A stretch of 64,000 nt of DNA from the NCBI GenBank assembly GCA_021733945.1, contig JAIPJX010000003.1, positions 16,493 through 80,492 of the forward strand, in the 5' to 3' direction. Shown piece by piece: positions 1 through 9,489 of the stretch. The notes under the pieces were generated by a model that saw nothing but the letters and a program-made list of their open reading frames with translations, made no database searches and was not told the origin of the DNA. The stretch comes from Verrucomicrobiota bacterium. Its GTDB lineage: Bacteria > Verrucomicrobiota > Verrucomicrobiia > Limisphaerales > SIBE01. Position 1 is the stretch's first letter; the number at the start of each line of letters is the position of its first letter. Made by a program: the position numbers and the translations under genes.

Positions 1-2445
1 GATGTCTATTACGCGCTTTTCCGGTGGAAACGGATGATCGGGTTGCTTTCGTTGGCGGGTTTGATGGCCGCCGGAATCTACTTTTGGCGAGCCCCGGTGA
101 TATATCTGTCCGATGCCAAGTTGCTGGTCCGGTACGTAATCGACAAATCTCCGGTGAATCTGGTGGCTGATGCGTCTAAAGTGAAGACTCCGGACCCGGG
201 CGGACGGAACATCATCAACACGGAACTAGAGATCCTCACCAGTTTCGATTTGGCCCAGGCGGTTGCGGAAGCGGTGGGACCCTCGAATATCCTGGCCAGG
301 GTGGGGGGGGGCACGAATCTGCTGGCGGCGGCGGCGGTTATCAGGAAGGGCATTGTGGTGGAAGCGACCCGGAACAGCGATGCCATTCGAATTGCATTTC
401 AATACCCGGATCCTGGGGTCATCGTCCCCGTCCTGGGCCAGTGGATCAAATCCTACCTGGACAAACAAGCTGAGATTCGAGGTGCCGGCAGCTTCGACGC
501 GTTTCTTGTCAAAGAGTTGGATCAGCTCCGTGGAAACCTGAAGAAGACCCAGGAAGCGTTGCGGCAGGCCAAGGAACAGGCCAAAGTGATCTCGCTGGAG
601 GACTCCACCAAGGCTTATGCGGAACAGCTGTCCAGAATCCGCGCGGAAATCCTGAATACCGAAGCGGAACTCGCCGAGCACCAGGCCAGTCTCAATGAAA
701 TGGTGAAACTGATGCCCGAGAAGGCGGAGGCTCTGACCAACGATGTCACTATGGCGGCTTTTACCAACGGAGTCACCATGTCGGCGTCGGCCAAATTCGG
801 GGAGTTCAGGCGGGTTTACGGGTTGCTGGAGCTCCTGCACCAGCGGGAGCAAAGTCTGCAGGTTCAATTCACTTCAGAGAATCTCTTGCTGCAATCCGTC
901 CGGCAACAGATTGTCGAAAAGGAGAATGTCCTGCATCAGATCGAAAGCGAGAACCCGGAATTTGCCCAGCTGTTGATGCCAAAGTCCGCCGGCGACCTGG
1001 AGTCCGCCAAATCCGCCGTCGAGGCGGAGGGTATCGAGCGCTTTTCCCGTGCCTCCCAAATGAATCAAATGGCCGCCTTGAATCTTGAGCGGACCCGGGT
1101 GCTGGCGCTGGAGTCGAAGATGGGTGTGCTCACGAATCAGTTGGAAGCGGTCTGGAAAAAGGCGAGTGCGCTGGATGACATGGAGGGAGCGACCACGGAT
1201 TTGCAGCGCCGGGAGGAGATGGAGAGCGCACGTTACAAATCCTTCGCCGCCAGTCTCGAACAGACCCGGCTTCAACAGGCCATGGGGGAAGGCCAGATCT
1301 CAAACATGAGCGTGATCCAGGCGCCCTCCCCACCGGCCCGGGTTGTTTCGAAGTTATACATGACCGTGGTCGGAATCTTGTTTGTCAGCATTGGCGGGGC
1401 TTTGGCGATGGCCTTTTTGATTGAATTTTATCTGGACCGCTCGCTGAGACGCACGGTGGAAATCGAATCCCGGCTGAGTCTGTCCCTGGTCCTCTCCATC
1501 CCAAACAGCCGACCGAATGGGAAGTCTCGGTCCTCAATGCTCATCCGAAAGGCTGCACGGTTCACGCGAGGGTTCTTCCGAACCAGGGCCCGGAAGCCGG
1601 AGCCGGGCGGACCCGACCCGGTGGTGCAGACCGAAGAGCTTCCTGCCGCGCCACTCCGCGAGGGAAGGGGGAAGAGACTTTTGAAGAGGATCAAGAGCCC
1701 TCTTTCCCGTCTCCCGAGACCGTTCTCAACGGCCAGGACCCGTATCGAGAATCTGAGCGAGCCTGCACTGGCGGTTGAGTCCGAAGGCGCCATTTCGGAA
1801 TCCTGCGAGCCACTGCAGCCTTATTACGATGCGTTGCGGGACCGTCTCATCTCCTATTTCGATCTGAACAACATGACCCATAAACCAAAGCTGGTAGCGG
1901 TGACAAGTTGCGGCACCGGCTGCGGTGTGAGCAGCGTGGCAGTGGGGCTGGCCACCTCTCTCGCTGAAGCTGCGGATGGGAGGGTTTTATTGGTGGATAT
2001 GAGTTCGGAGCACGCCTCGGCTCAGAGATTTTGCCAGGGAAACGGGGGCTGCAGGCTCGATGAGGTATTGGAGAATGGGACGCGGGATGGCGCGCTGGTG
2101 CAGAGCAATCTTTACGTCGTCACCGAGGAAGGTGACCGCAAACCGTCGAATGGAAAATATGCCTCGCGCGTGCACCCGAGGCGATTCACGCAATTGGTTC
2201 CCCGACTCAAGGCGAGTGACTACGATTTCATCATTTTCGACATGCCTTCGGTTAGTCAAACGAGCGTTACTCCCAAAGTGGCGAGGTTCATGGACATGGT
2301 TCTGTTTGTGGTCGAGTCCGAGAAGACGGATGGCGACATTGCGAGGCGGGCAACGGCCTGGTTGGGGGAATCACGAGCCAGCATTGGGGTTATTTTGAAC
2401 AAGGAACGCGCCTACGTTCCCGAGTGGCTCCAGCAAAGATTCTGA
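1..2445 (+). CDS. Polysaccharide co-polymerase (Wzz/GumC-type chain-length determinant) fused to a BY-kinase-like P-loop domain; 5' end probably outside the window
   Basis: Frame is open from nt 1 (DVYYALFRWKR precedes the first Met at 34). TM1 is LLSLAGLMAAGIYFW, followed by a long coiled-coil-like periplasmic segment and TM2 LYMTVVGILFVSIGGALAMAFLIEFYL. An R/P-rich linker then leads to a ~190-aa MinD/BY-kinase-like domain (KLVAVTSCGTGCGVSS, VLLVDM, DFIIFDMPS). Confidence 0.8.
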   Translation, partial: DVYYALFRWKRMIGLLSLAGLMAAGIYFWRAPVIYLSDAKLLVRYVIDKSPVNLVADASKVKTPDPGGRNIINTELEILTSFDLAQAVAEAVGPSNILARVGGGTNLLAAAAVIRKGIVVEATRNSDAIRIAFQYPDPGVIVPVLGQWIKSYLDKQAEIRGAGSFDAFLVKELDQLRGNLKKTQEALRQAKEQAKVISLEDSTKAYAEQLSRIRAEILNTEAELAEHQASLNEMVKLMPEKAEALTNDVTMAAFTNGVTMSASAKFGEFRRVYGLLELLHQREQSLQVQFTSENLLLQSVRQQIVEKENVLHQIESENPEFAQLLMPKSAGDLESAKSAVEAEGIERFSRASQMNQMAALNLERTRVLALESKMGVLTNQLEAVWKKASALDDMEGATTDLQRREEMESARYKSFAASLEQTRLQQAMGEGQISNMSVIQAPSPPARVVSKLYMTVVGILFVSIGGALAMAFLIEFYLDRSLRRTVEIESRLSLSLVLSIPNSRPNGKSRSSMLIRKAARFTRGFFRTRARKPEPGGPDPVVQTEELPAAPLREGRGKRLLKRIKSPLSRLPRPFSTARTRIENLSEPALAVESEGAISESCEPLQPYYDALRDRLISYFDLNNMTHKPKLVAVTSCGTGCGVSSVAVGLATSLAEAADGRVLLVDMSSEHASAQRFCQGNGGCRLDEVLENGTRDGALVQSNLYVVTEEGDRKPSNGKYASRVHPRRFTQLVPRLKASDYDFIIFDMPSVSQTSVTPKVARFMDMVLFVVESEKTDGDIARRATAWLGESRASIGVILNKERAYVPEWLQQRF

Positions 2446-2454
2446 GCTGTCATC

Positions 2455-4593
2455 ATGTTGCGTAATCGTTTCTACTACGGTATCAAACCGCTGCTGCCTC
2501 CCGATCTGCGGCTGGTCGTTCGCAGATGGTTTGCCGTTCGGAAGCGGGCCCAGGAGGCGAACACCTGGCCCATCCTGCCCGGTTCGGAGCACCCCCCGGA
2601 AGGCTGGCCCGGTTGGCCCAGCGGCAAGCAGTTCGCCCTCGTCCTCACACATGATGTCGAGGGGGAAAAGGGCCTGGCCAAATGCCGGCAATTGATGCAA
2701 TTGGAGATGGCGCTTGGATTCCGGTCCTGTTTCAACTTGATTCCCGAGGGCGATTACCGTGTTCCCCGCAGACTGCGCGAGGAACTTCGGCGCAACGGTT
2801 TTGAAGTGGGGGTGCACGACCTCCATCACGATGGCAAACTTTTCCAATCCAAGCAGGCTTTCCTCACCCATGCTGCCAAGATCAATCGATACCTGCAGGA
2901 ATGGGGTGCGTCGGGCTTTCGTGCCGGTTTCATGTTGAACAATCAGGATTGGCTCCACCACCTGAACATCCAGTACGACAGTTCCTCGTTTGACACTGAC
3001 CCGTTTGAGCCACAACCCTATGGGCGGAATACAATCTTCCCCTTCTGGACCCCCTGTCCTGATTCGCATCGGCGAGAGCAACGGAGTGAGGCACCCTCCG
3101 CGATGGATCCGGGATCCTGCATTAAAAAGCGGTCCTCTGACACAATGGGCTCGTTCCCCAGCTCTCACCATTCAAACGGCTGCGCCCCGGGGAGAGGCTA
3201 CATCGAGTTGCCTTACACACTGCCGCAGGACTCCACCCTGTTCCTGATATTCAAGGAGCGACATCCGGATATCTGGTGTCAAAAGCTGGACTGGGTCGCC
3301 CGGCACGGCGGCATGGCGATGCTGGACGTGCATCCGGACTACATGCGTTTTGACGGTGAGTCGACTTCGCCCCTCAACTATCCGGTGGAAAACTACGTCC
3401 GCTTTCTGGAATACATCCGCTCCAGATACGCGAACCAGTATTGGCATGCGCTGCCAAGGGAGGTCGCTGATTTTGTGAGTGAGTCCCGGAAGAAGAACGG
3501 GCCTGCGGCGTTGCGCAACCCCGCTCGGTCGGCGCGGGCACACAAGGTCCGGCCCAAGATCTGGATTGATCTCGACAACACGCCCCACGTGCCGTTTTTC
3601 GAGCCGATCATGGACGAGTTGAAGGCGCGGGGGTTTCCTCTGCTGGTGACAGCGCGCGATGCGTTCCAGGTGTGCGAATTGGCGGACCAGAAAGGCATGC
3701 GGTACATCAAGATTGGGAAGCATCATGGCAAACACCGGTTGCTCAAGGCCACGGGTTTGTTGCTTCGGGCATTTCAATTGTTTTCGGTGGTCGCCCGTGA
3801 GAAGCCGGCCTTGGGGGTTTCGCACGGCGCGCGTTCTCAACTGCTTCTAGGAACGTGGCTTCGTATTCCCACCGTGCTCGTGGAGGATTACGAGTATTGC
3901 CAGTTCCCCATAATGATGCGCCCCTCCTGGTTGGTGGCACCGACGGTGATTCCAAACAGTGTGCTTCCTGTCAAGAATGGTCGCGTCCGCAAATACTCCG
4001 GCATCAAGGAGGACGTTTACGCCTGGAAACTCAGGCCTGATCCCGGCGTGCTCCGTAATCTGGGGCTCAGCGAAGCGGACATCGTCGCGACCGTTAGGCC
4101 GCCGGCCACGGAGGCCCACTATCACAATCCGGAGAGTGAACAGTTGTTTGAACAGTTCATGGAACGCGCCTGCCAAACACCCGGGGTTCGAATCGTCTTG
4201 TTGCCGCGCAACCAGAAACAGGGGGACTGGATTCGGAACCGGTGGCCGGCATGGTTTACCAACGGTAAGACCGTGATCCCGGATGGCGTCGTTGACGGAC
4301 TGAATCTTATTTGGCACTCGGACTTCGTTGTCAGCGGAGGTGGAACGATGAACCGCGAAGCGGCCGCCTTGCACGTGCCGGTGTACAGCATCTTCCGCGG
4401 GATCATAGGAGCCGTGGACGAGCATTTGCGCGCCACGGGGCGCTTGGTGCTGATCGAGTCCGCCGAAGACGTGAAGCGGAAAATCAATGTCGTGCCGCGT
4501 CCCCGGTCTGCGATTTCCGAAGTCACTTCGAAAAACACCCTGAATCAGATCGTCGATACGATTGAGGAGATCGCGGATGCCTGCGGTCGGTGA
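2455..4593 (+). CDS. Two-domain protein: N-terminal polysaccharide-deacetylase-like domain fused to C-terminal DUF354-like (GT-B/epimerase-like) domain
   Basis: N-domain: FALVLTHDVEGEKG...FEVGVHDLHHDGKLF...ELPYTLPQDSTLF. C-domain from about nt 3550: KIWIDLDNTPHVPFFEPIMDELKARGF...VVSGGGTMNREAAALHVPVYSIFRG, which matches my memory of DUF354. 712-aa ORF with no internal stops. Confidence 0.7.
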   Translation: MLRNRFYYGIKPLLPPDLRLVVRRWFAVRKRAQEANTWPILPGSEHPPEGWPGWPSGKQFALVLTHDVEGEKGLAKCRQLMQLEMALGFRSCFNLIPEGDYRVPRRLREELRRNGFEVGVHDLHHDGKLFQSKQAFLTHAAKINRYLQEWGASGFRAGFMLNNQDWLHHLNIQYDSSSFDTDPFEPQPYGRNTIFPFWTPCPDSHRREQRSEAPSAMDPGSCIKKRSSDTMGSFPSSHHSNGCAPGRGYIELPYTLPQDSTLFLIFKERHPDIWCQKLDWVARHGGMAMLDVHPDYMRFDGESTSPLNYPVENYVRFLEYIRSRYANQYWHALPREVADFVSESRKKNGPAALRNPARSARAHKVRPKIWIDLDNTPHVPFFEPIMDELKARGFPLLVTARDAFQVCELADQKGMRYIKIGKHHGKHRLLKATGLLLRAFQLFSVVAREKPALGVSHGARSQLLLGTWLRIPTVLVEDYEYCQFPIMMRPSWLVAPTVIPNSVLPVKNGRVRKYSGIKEDVYAWKLRPDPGVLRNLGLSEADIVATVRPPATEAHYHNPESEQLFEQFMERACQTPGVRIVLLPRNQKQGDWIRNRWPAWFTNGKTVIPDGVVDGLNLIWHSDFVVSGGGTMNREAAALHVPVYSIFRGIIGAVDEHLRATGRLVLIESAEDVKRKINVVPRPRSAISEVTSKNTLNQIVDTIEEIADACGR

Positions 4594-4629
4594 GTTCGCC
4601 GGCAGCCGTTTCCCCCATGAATCACACCC

Positions 4630-5763
4630 ATGAGTGACAACCCAACCAAACTGCTGATCGTTGCCGGTGCCCGACCAAACTTCATGAAGGTCGCCCCGTT
4701 GATTCACGCCCTCGAACGCCACAACGGCGCTCGAACCTCTCAACGCCCCCCCCTTGACCGGCAACTGACTTACCGTCTCATCCACACCGGACAGCATTTC
4801 GACGAGAAGATGTCTGACATCTTCTTCCGCGAACTCGACATCCCGTTCCCGGACTTGAATCTCGAAGTCGGGTCGGGATCCCACGCCGCGCAGACGGCCA
4901 ACATCATGCTGCGATTCGAGCCGGTCTGTGAGCGGGAACGGCCAGACTGGGTGGTCGTGGTGGGGGATGTTAATTCGACGATGGCCTGCACGCTGGTCGC
5001 CGCCAAAATGGGAATTCGAGTCGCCCACATCGAGGCTGGTCTGCGAAGTTTCGACCGGACGATGCCGGAGGAGACCAACCGCATCGTTACCGATTCACTG
5101 GCGGACCTTCTTCTGACGCCGTCGGAGGATGCCAGCGAGAATCTTCGGCGCGAAGGTATCCCTGACGGCAAGATCCGGCTCGTTGGGAACATCATGATCG
5201 ACTCGCTGGTCACTCACCTGGACAAGGCCTCGGAGAGAGGAACGCTGGAGAAACTCGGATTGAAGGATAAGGGTTACATCTACGTCACCCTGCATCGACC
5301 GTCCAATGTGGACGCCAAAGACTCGTTGCAGCGAATTGTTCAGGAATTGTCTGCGACCGCGCGTCGATGGCCGGTGGTGTTTCCAGTTCATCCCCGGACC
5401 AGAAACCGGCTCGCGGAATTCGATCTATCCTTCACGAACGGGAATGGTTCCGGACTGAATCTGATGGAGCCGCTGGGGTATCTCGACTCCCTGGAACTCA
5501 CCCGGCATGCGCGCTGTGTATTGACCGATTCCGGCGGTTTGCAGGAAGAGAGCACCTATTTTCGGACCCCGTGCCTGACGTTGCGTCCGAACACCGAACG
5601 TCCGGTCACGGTTACCATTGGAAGCAATCGCTTGACCAGTGTGAGTCGGCTCAGGCCCGATCTCGAAAACGCGCTCCAGGGCCCGGAACGTCTGGGGCAG
5701 ACTCCGCCGCTGTGGGACGGAAGGACTGCAGAACGGATCGTGCAAACCTTGCTCGAGGCTTGA
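4630..5763 (+). CDS. wecB: UDP-N-acetylglucosamine 2-epimerase (non-hydrolysing)
   Basis: KLLIVAGARPNFMKVAPLI...HTGQHFDEKMSDIFFRELDIP.PD..LEVGSGSHAAQTA...VVGDVNST...HIEAGLRSFDRTMPEE.NR...TDSGG.QEE are classic WecB/MnaA motifs. Confidence 0.9.
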   Translation: MSDNPTKLLIVAGARPNFMKVAPLIHALERHNGARTSQRPPLDRQLTYRLIHTGQHFDEKMSDIFFRELDIPFPDLNLEVGSGSHAAQTANIMLRFEPVCERERPDWVVVVGDVNSTMACTLVAAKMGIRVAHIEAGLRSFDRTMPEETNRIVTDSLADLLLTPSEDASENLRREGIPDGKIRLVGNIMIDSLVTHLDKASERGTLEKLGLKDKGYIYVTLHRPSNVDAKDSLQRIVQELSATARRWPVVFPVHPRTRNRLAEFDLSFTNGNGSGLNLMEPLGYLDSLELTRHARCVLTDSGGLQEESTYFRTPCLTLRPNTERPVTVTIGSNRLTSVSRLRPDLENALQGPERLGQTPPLWDGRTAERIVQTLLEA

Positions 5764-5797
5764 CGCCTGAGGCGCTGCCGGTGGCCCATGCCACATC

Positions 5798-7201
5798 ATG
5801 TCCATTCGCGCTATCGTCTGCGGTTTGTTGGTGCTGTGTTTTTGCGCCTACGCGTGGCGGAATTGGTTTGGTGCCTTGAGCGCTGGAATCGTCCTGATGG
5901 CGTTCCTTGAGCACCCGGACATGCCCAAAAGCATTCTGGGCATTCAGGGGCTCAACCTTTGGAACCTGCTGTTTCTCAATGTCACGATGGCGTGGCTGAA
6001 GAACCGCCGACGGGAAGGGTTGGAGTGGGACATGTCGGCGGGCGTAAAATTTGCCTTCATCCTGTACATCGGCATCACGATTGTGGGCTTTCTCAGGCTG
6101 TTCGTGAACCCTACCGGCTACTATACCGAAGGCTCGATGAAGATCGTGGTGGATTACCTCATCAATCCAATGAAATTCCTGTTGCCGTGCTTTCTGCTTT
6201 ATGACGGTTGCCGCAGTCCGGAGCGGGTTTCGATGGCGCTTGGTGCAATCATGCTTTCATTCCTGTTGCTGTCCATTCAGGTCATCAAGTACATGGGCCT
6301 GCACTTTGATTTGTCCGGGGACGCGCTCAGCGGGCGTGCGGCGAGGATTCTTGTCCGGTCGGTTGGTTATCATCGCGTGGACCTGTCGATGATGCTTTCG
6401 GGGGCGAGTTGGGCGATGGTGGCGTACTCCCGGATGTTTACCCGCCGAAGCGTGCGCTGGGGCATGCTGGGTGCCGCCGCAGTGGTTGTCCTGGCGCAGG
6501 CGCTCACCGGGGGACGAACCGGCTACGTGACCTGGGGGCTCATCGGTCTGACTCTCTGCCTTCTGAGATGGCGCCGGTTGCTGCCGGTGATTCCGGCTGG
6601 AGTGGTGGCGGTGATCATCCTGGTTCCCGGGGTTGCTGAACGCATGCTGCAAGGATTTGGAATGACCAACGGTCCGATCGCGCAGGAAACGGATATCGGC
6701 AGCGTGACGTCCGGCAGAACCGAGATCTGGCCGGTGGTGATTGGGAAAATCAGGGAGAATCCCGTGATTGGATACGGCCGCCTTGCCATGATGCGGACCG
6801 GACTTGCCCAGTATGCGGTCGAGGAATTGAACGACGGTTTTGCCCATCCCCATAGCGCTTACTTGGAGACACTGTTGGACAACGGATTCTTGGGATCGAT
6901 TTGCGTCATGCCAATCTACCTCGTGGCGTTGGCGCGATCCTTGAGTCTCTTTCGGGATCGGGCCGGTAGGGTGAATGAGGTGGCGGGAGCCACGGCGTCG
7001 GCGCTGTTGCTCGGCCTGTTGATTGCGGGTCTTGGCGCCCAGACGTTTTACCCGCGTGAAGGAGTGTTCTGGATGTGGGCCTGTGTCGGAATCGCGCTCC
7101 GACTTTCCGTGGATCGAGATTGGGGCCGTCGGATGGTCGCGCTTGGTTCGGAACCGTACCTGCCCTCTCAGAGGGTTCCTTGCGGAATACGGTTTGTGTA
7201 G
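5798..7201 (+). CDS. O-antigen ligase/polymerase-like (Wzy_C) polytopic membrane protein
   Basis: More than 10 predicted TM helices. A periplasmic loop carries GRTGYVTWGLIGL and the AHPHSAYLETLLDNGFLG signature typical of Wzy_C/O-antigen-ligase-like proteins. Confidence 0.8.
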   Translation: MSIRAIVCGLLVLCFCAYAWRNWFGALSAGIVLMAFLEHPDMPKSILGIQGLNLWNLLFLNVTMAWLKNRRREGLEWDMSAGVKFAFILYIGITIVGFLRLFVNPTGYYTEGSMKIVVDYLINPMKFLLPCFLLYDGCRSPERVSMALGAIMLSFLLLSIQVIKYMGLHFDLSGDALSGRAARILVRSVGYHRVDLSMMLSGASWAMVAYSRMFTRRSVRWGMLGAAAVVVLAQALTGGRTGYVTWGLIGLTLCLLRWRRLLPVIPAGVVAVIILVPGVAERMLQGFGMTNGPIAQETDIGSVTSGRTEIWPVVIGKIRENPVIGYGRLAMMRTGLAQYAVEELNDGFAHPHSAYLETLLDNGFLGSICVMPIYLVALARSLSLFRDRAGRVNEVAGATASALLLGLLIAGLGAQTFYPREGVFWMWACVGIALRLSVDRDWGRRMVALGSEPYLPSQRVPCGIRFV

Positions 7202-7354
7202 CGGTTCCTGGGAGCGCACTGGGTTTGATATCCGCTGCCGGTATAAGCGTGCCGGCTCCGCCGGGGTTGTGATGGGTCCCCCCTCCCGGCGGGCCTGCGG
7301 GCAGGACGGGACTGCGGTTGTTCATGGCGCATGGCCCCTAAGAGAAGGCAAACG

Positions 7355-8182
7355 ATGGAAAGAACGAGAACAATTATTCTGGCCGGGGGCAAGGGCACTC
7401 GGCTTCGCCCGCTCACCACCGTGTTTCCGAAGCCGTTGGTGCCATTGGGAAACAAACCCGTGCTGGAGATCCTCCTGCGCCGGTTGGCGGCCAGCGGTTT
7501 GGTGGACGTGACCATCTGTACGGGTTACCTGGGCGAATTGATCCAGGCGGTGTGCGGGGATGGGCACAAGTTCGGTCTGAAAATCGAGTATGTCACTGAA
7601 GAGGAACCCCTGGGGACGGCCGGCCCCCTGGGGCTGATTCGCCAGTTAACCGATCCGCTCCTGGTTCTGAATGGCGATCTTTTGACCACTTTGGATTTCC
7701 GCCGAATCATCCAGTTCCATCGTGAGACGAGCGCCAATTTCACCCTGGCGGTGTTTCCACGGGAAGTGAAGATCGACTTCGGCGTGATCAGGCTGGATCC
7801 CGAAGGCGAGTTCCAAGGATACCTGGAGAAGCCCAGTTATCACTACGAAGTGAGCATGGGGGTCAATGTCATCAGCCGGAAGGCGGTCGAGCATGTGAGA
7901 GTCGGTGAGCGACTCGACATGCCGGACCTCGTGCTCCGGGTGAATCAGTGCGGGGGACGGGTGAAGTGTTACCGAGAGACGTGTCAATGGCTGGACATTG
8001 GCCGGATGGACGATTACGCCCGGGCTCAGGATGAGTTCTGCAGGAATGACACGGTCTATCTCGAACCGCCTTCTGCTCCTTCTCCTCTGTCTTTTCCACT
8101 GGACGAGCCGGGCGAAGACCCGGACGAACGAGTGGCAAGGCCTCTACCGTTGCTGCCCCTGCCTGCAGGTTGTGCCACCTAA
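7355..8182 (+). CDS. Sugar-1-phosphate nucleotidyltransferase
   Basis: IILAGGKGTRLRPLTTVFPKPLVPLGNKPVLE (the G-x-G-T-R-L nucleotidyltransferase loop) and LVLNGDLLT. An alternative upstream start lies at 7331. The tail is P-rich and low-complexity. Confidence 0.8.
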   Translation: MERTRTIILAGGKGTRLRPLTTVFPKPLVPLGNKPVLEILLRRLAASGLVDVTICTGYLGELIQAVCGDGHKFGLKIEYVTEEEPLGTAGPLGLIRQLTDPLLVLNGDLLTTLDFRRIIQFHRETSANFTLAVFPREVKIDFGVIRLDPEGEFQGYLEKPSYHYEVSMGVNVISRKAVEHVRVGERLDMPDLVLRVNQCGGRVKCYRETCQWLDIGRMDDYARAQDEFCRNDTVYLEPPSAPSPLSFPLDEPGEDPDERVARPLPLLPLPAGCAT

Positions 8183-8237
8183 GGATTCCCGGTCGTTTGG
8201 AGAACACGGTGACACTGCTGTTCCATAGGATTCATTC

Positions 8238-9485
8238 ATGAATGCACCCCGTTACGATGGTCGCCCCATCTCAGTCTGCCTGCTGATCAGCAGCCTTGAA
8301 TTTGGGGGAGCGGAACGACAGGTGATCGAAATGACCCGGGCATTTGATCGCACCCGGGTCAATCCGGTGATCTGTTCGCTTTCTCGGGAAGTGCCTTTGG
8401 CGGCGTCCCTCACGCTGCCGGAAGCCGATCTCGTGATCGTGGAACGGCGGGGACGTTATGACTTTTCCACGGTTCTCCGCGTGGCCCGGTTGCTTCGGCA
8501 GCGCAAGGTGGACGTGGTGCATGCGTTCCTCCTCGACGCTGAAATCGCGGCGCGCCTGGCAGCGCCTCTCGCCGGGGTTCCGGTCGTGGTCGCCTCGGAA
8601 CGGAATACCGACTACACCCGGCCATTGTTTCACAGGCTTGCCCTGCGTCTGACTCAGCCTTTGTTCGATGTCATGATTGCCAACTCACACGCCGGGAAGG
8701 CGTTTAACGTGAGAACGATGGGACTGACCGAGGGGCGCATCGAGGTGGTCCACAATGGTGTCGATACGGAACGTTTCCACCCCGACCATGCGGCTGGTTT
8801 GGCTTTCCGGAAGACGCAGGGAATCCCAGCCACCGATCCCGTGATTGCGATGGTGGCCAGCTTCAAGCGGCAGAAGGGCCATGACTGTTTTCTCAAGATG
8901 GCCCGGCAAGTTGCACGATCTTTCCCAAATGCCTGGTTTCTCGTTGTTGGGGGACTGGTGGAGGACGATTTTGAGGCCAGCAGCCGGTATGCGGCGGAAA
9001 TCAGGCAGCTCGCCGCGTCGCTGGACCTGGGAGAGCGATGCCGGTTCGTGGGCAATCAGAAGCAGATGGAAGCTGTCTATAACGGCTGCGATCTCACGGC
9101 GTTGTTGTCGCTTCGCGAAGGTACTCCCAATGTTCTGCTCGAATCGATGGCCTGCGGCGTTCCGGTGCTGGCGTCGGATGCCGCTGACAATGCCATCCTC
9201 GTTCAGGATGGCGTGACCGGCTGCATTTTAGCCAAGGACGATTACGCGGGAGCGGCGCGTCGAGCGGTTGAGCTGCTGTCGAATCGAGGATTGAGAAACC
9301 GCATGGGAGAGGCTGCTCGCAGACATGTGTGCCAGGAATATTCGATCTCGATGGCCGCTACCAGGACCGAAGACGTTTACCGCCGGTGCCTCGAAGGGGT
9401 TGACAGTCGGCACCGAAGTCCACGGCGCCCCCGAGTAGCGATGAAGAAGGAAGAGTTGATGGGACAGACCCAAACGTTGCGCTAG
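8238..9485 (+). CDS. GT4-family glycosyltransferase
   Basis: ISVCLLISSLEFGGAERQVIEM N-domain. C-domain has LVVGG...E..L...A..L.L..RCRFVG and the EGTPNVLLESMACGVPVLASD (E-x7-E-like) motif. Confidence 0.85.
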   Translation: MNAPRYDGRPISVCLLISSLEFGGAERQVIEMTRAFDRTRVNPVICSLSREVPLAASLTLPEADLVIVERRGRYDFSTVLRVARLLRQRKVDVVHAFLLDAEIAARLAAPLAGVPVVVASERNTDYTRPLFHRLALRLTQPLFDVMIANSHAGKAFNVRTMGLTEGRIEVVHNGVDTERFHPDHAAGLAFRKTQGIPATDPVIAMVASFKRQKGHDCFLKMARQVARSFPNAWFLVVGGLVEDDFEASSRYAAEIRQLAASLDLGERCRFVGNQKQMEAVYNGCDLTALLSLREGTPNVLLESMACGVPVLASDAADNAILVQDGVTGCILAKDDYAGAARRAVELLSNRGLRNRMGEAARRHVCQEYSISMAATRTEDVYRRCLEGVDSRHRSPRRPRVAMKKEELMGQTQTLR

Positions 9486-9489
9486 ATCC

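Noticed and set aside
3847-5028. 393-aa minus-strand ORF
   Set aside because: Antisense to the DUF354 domain and wecB. No motifs; shadow ORF.
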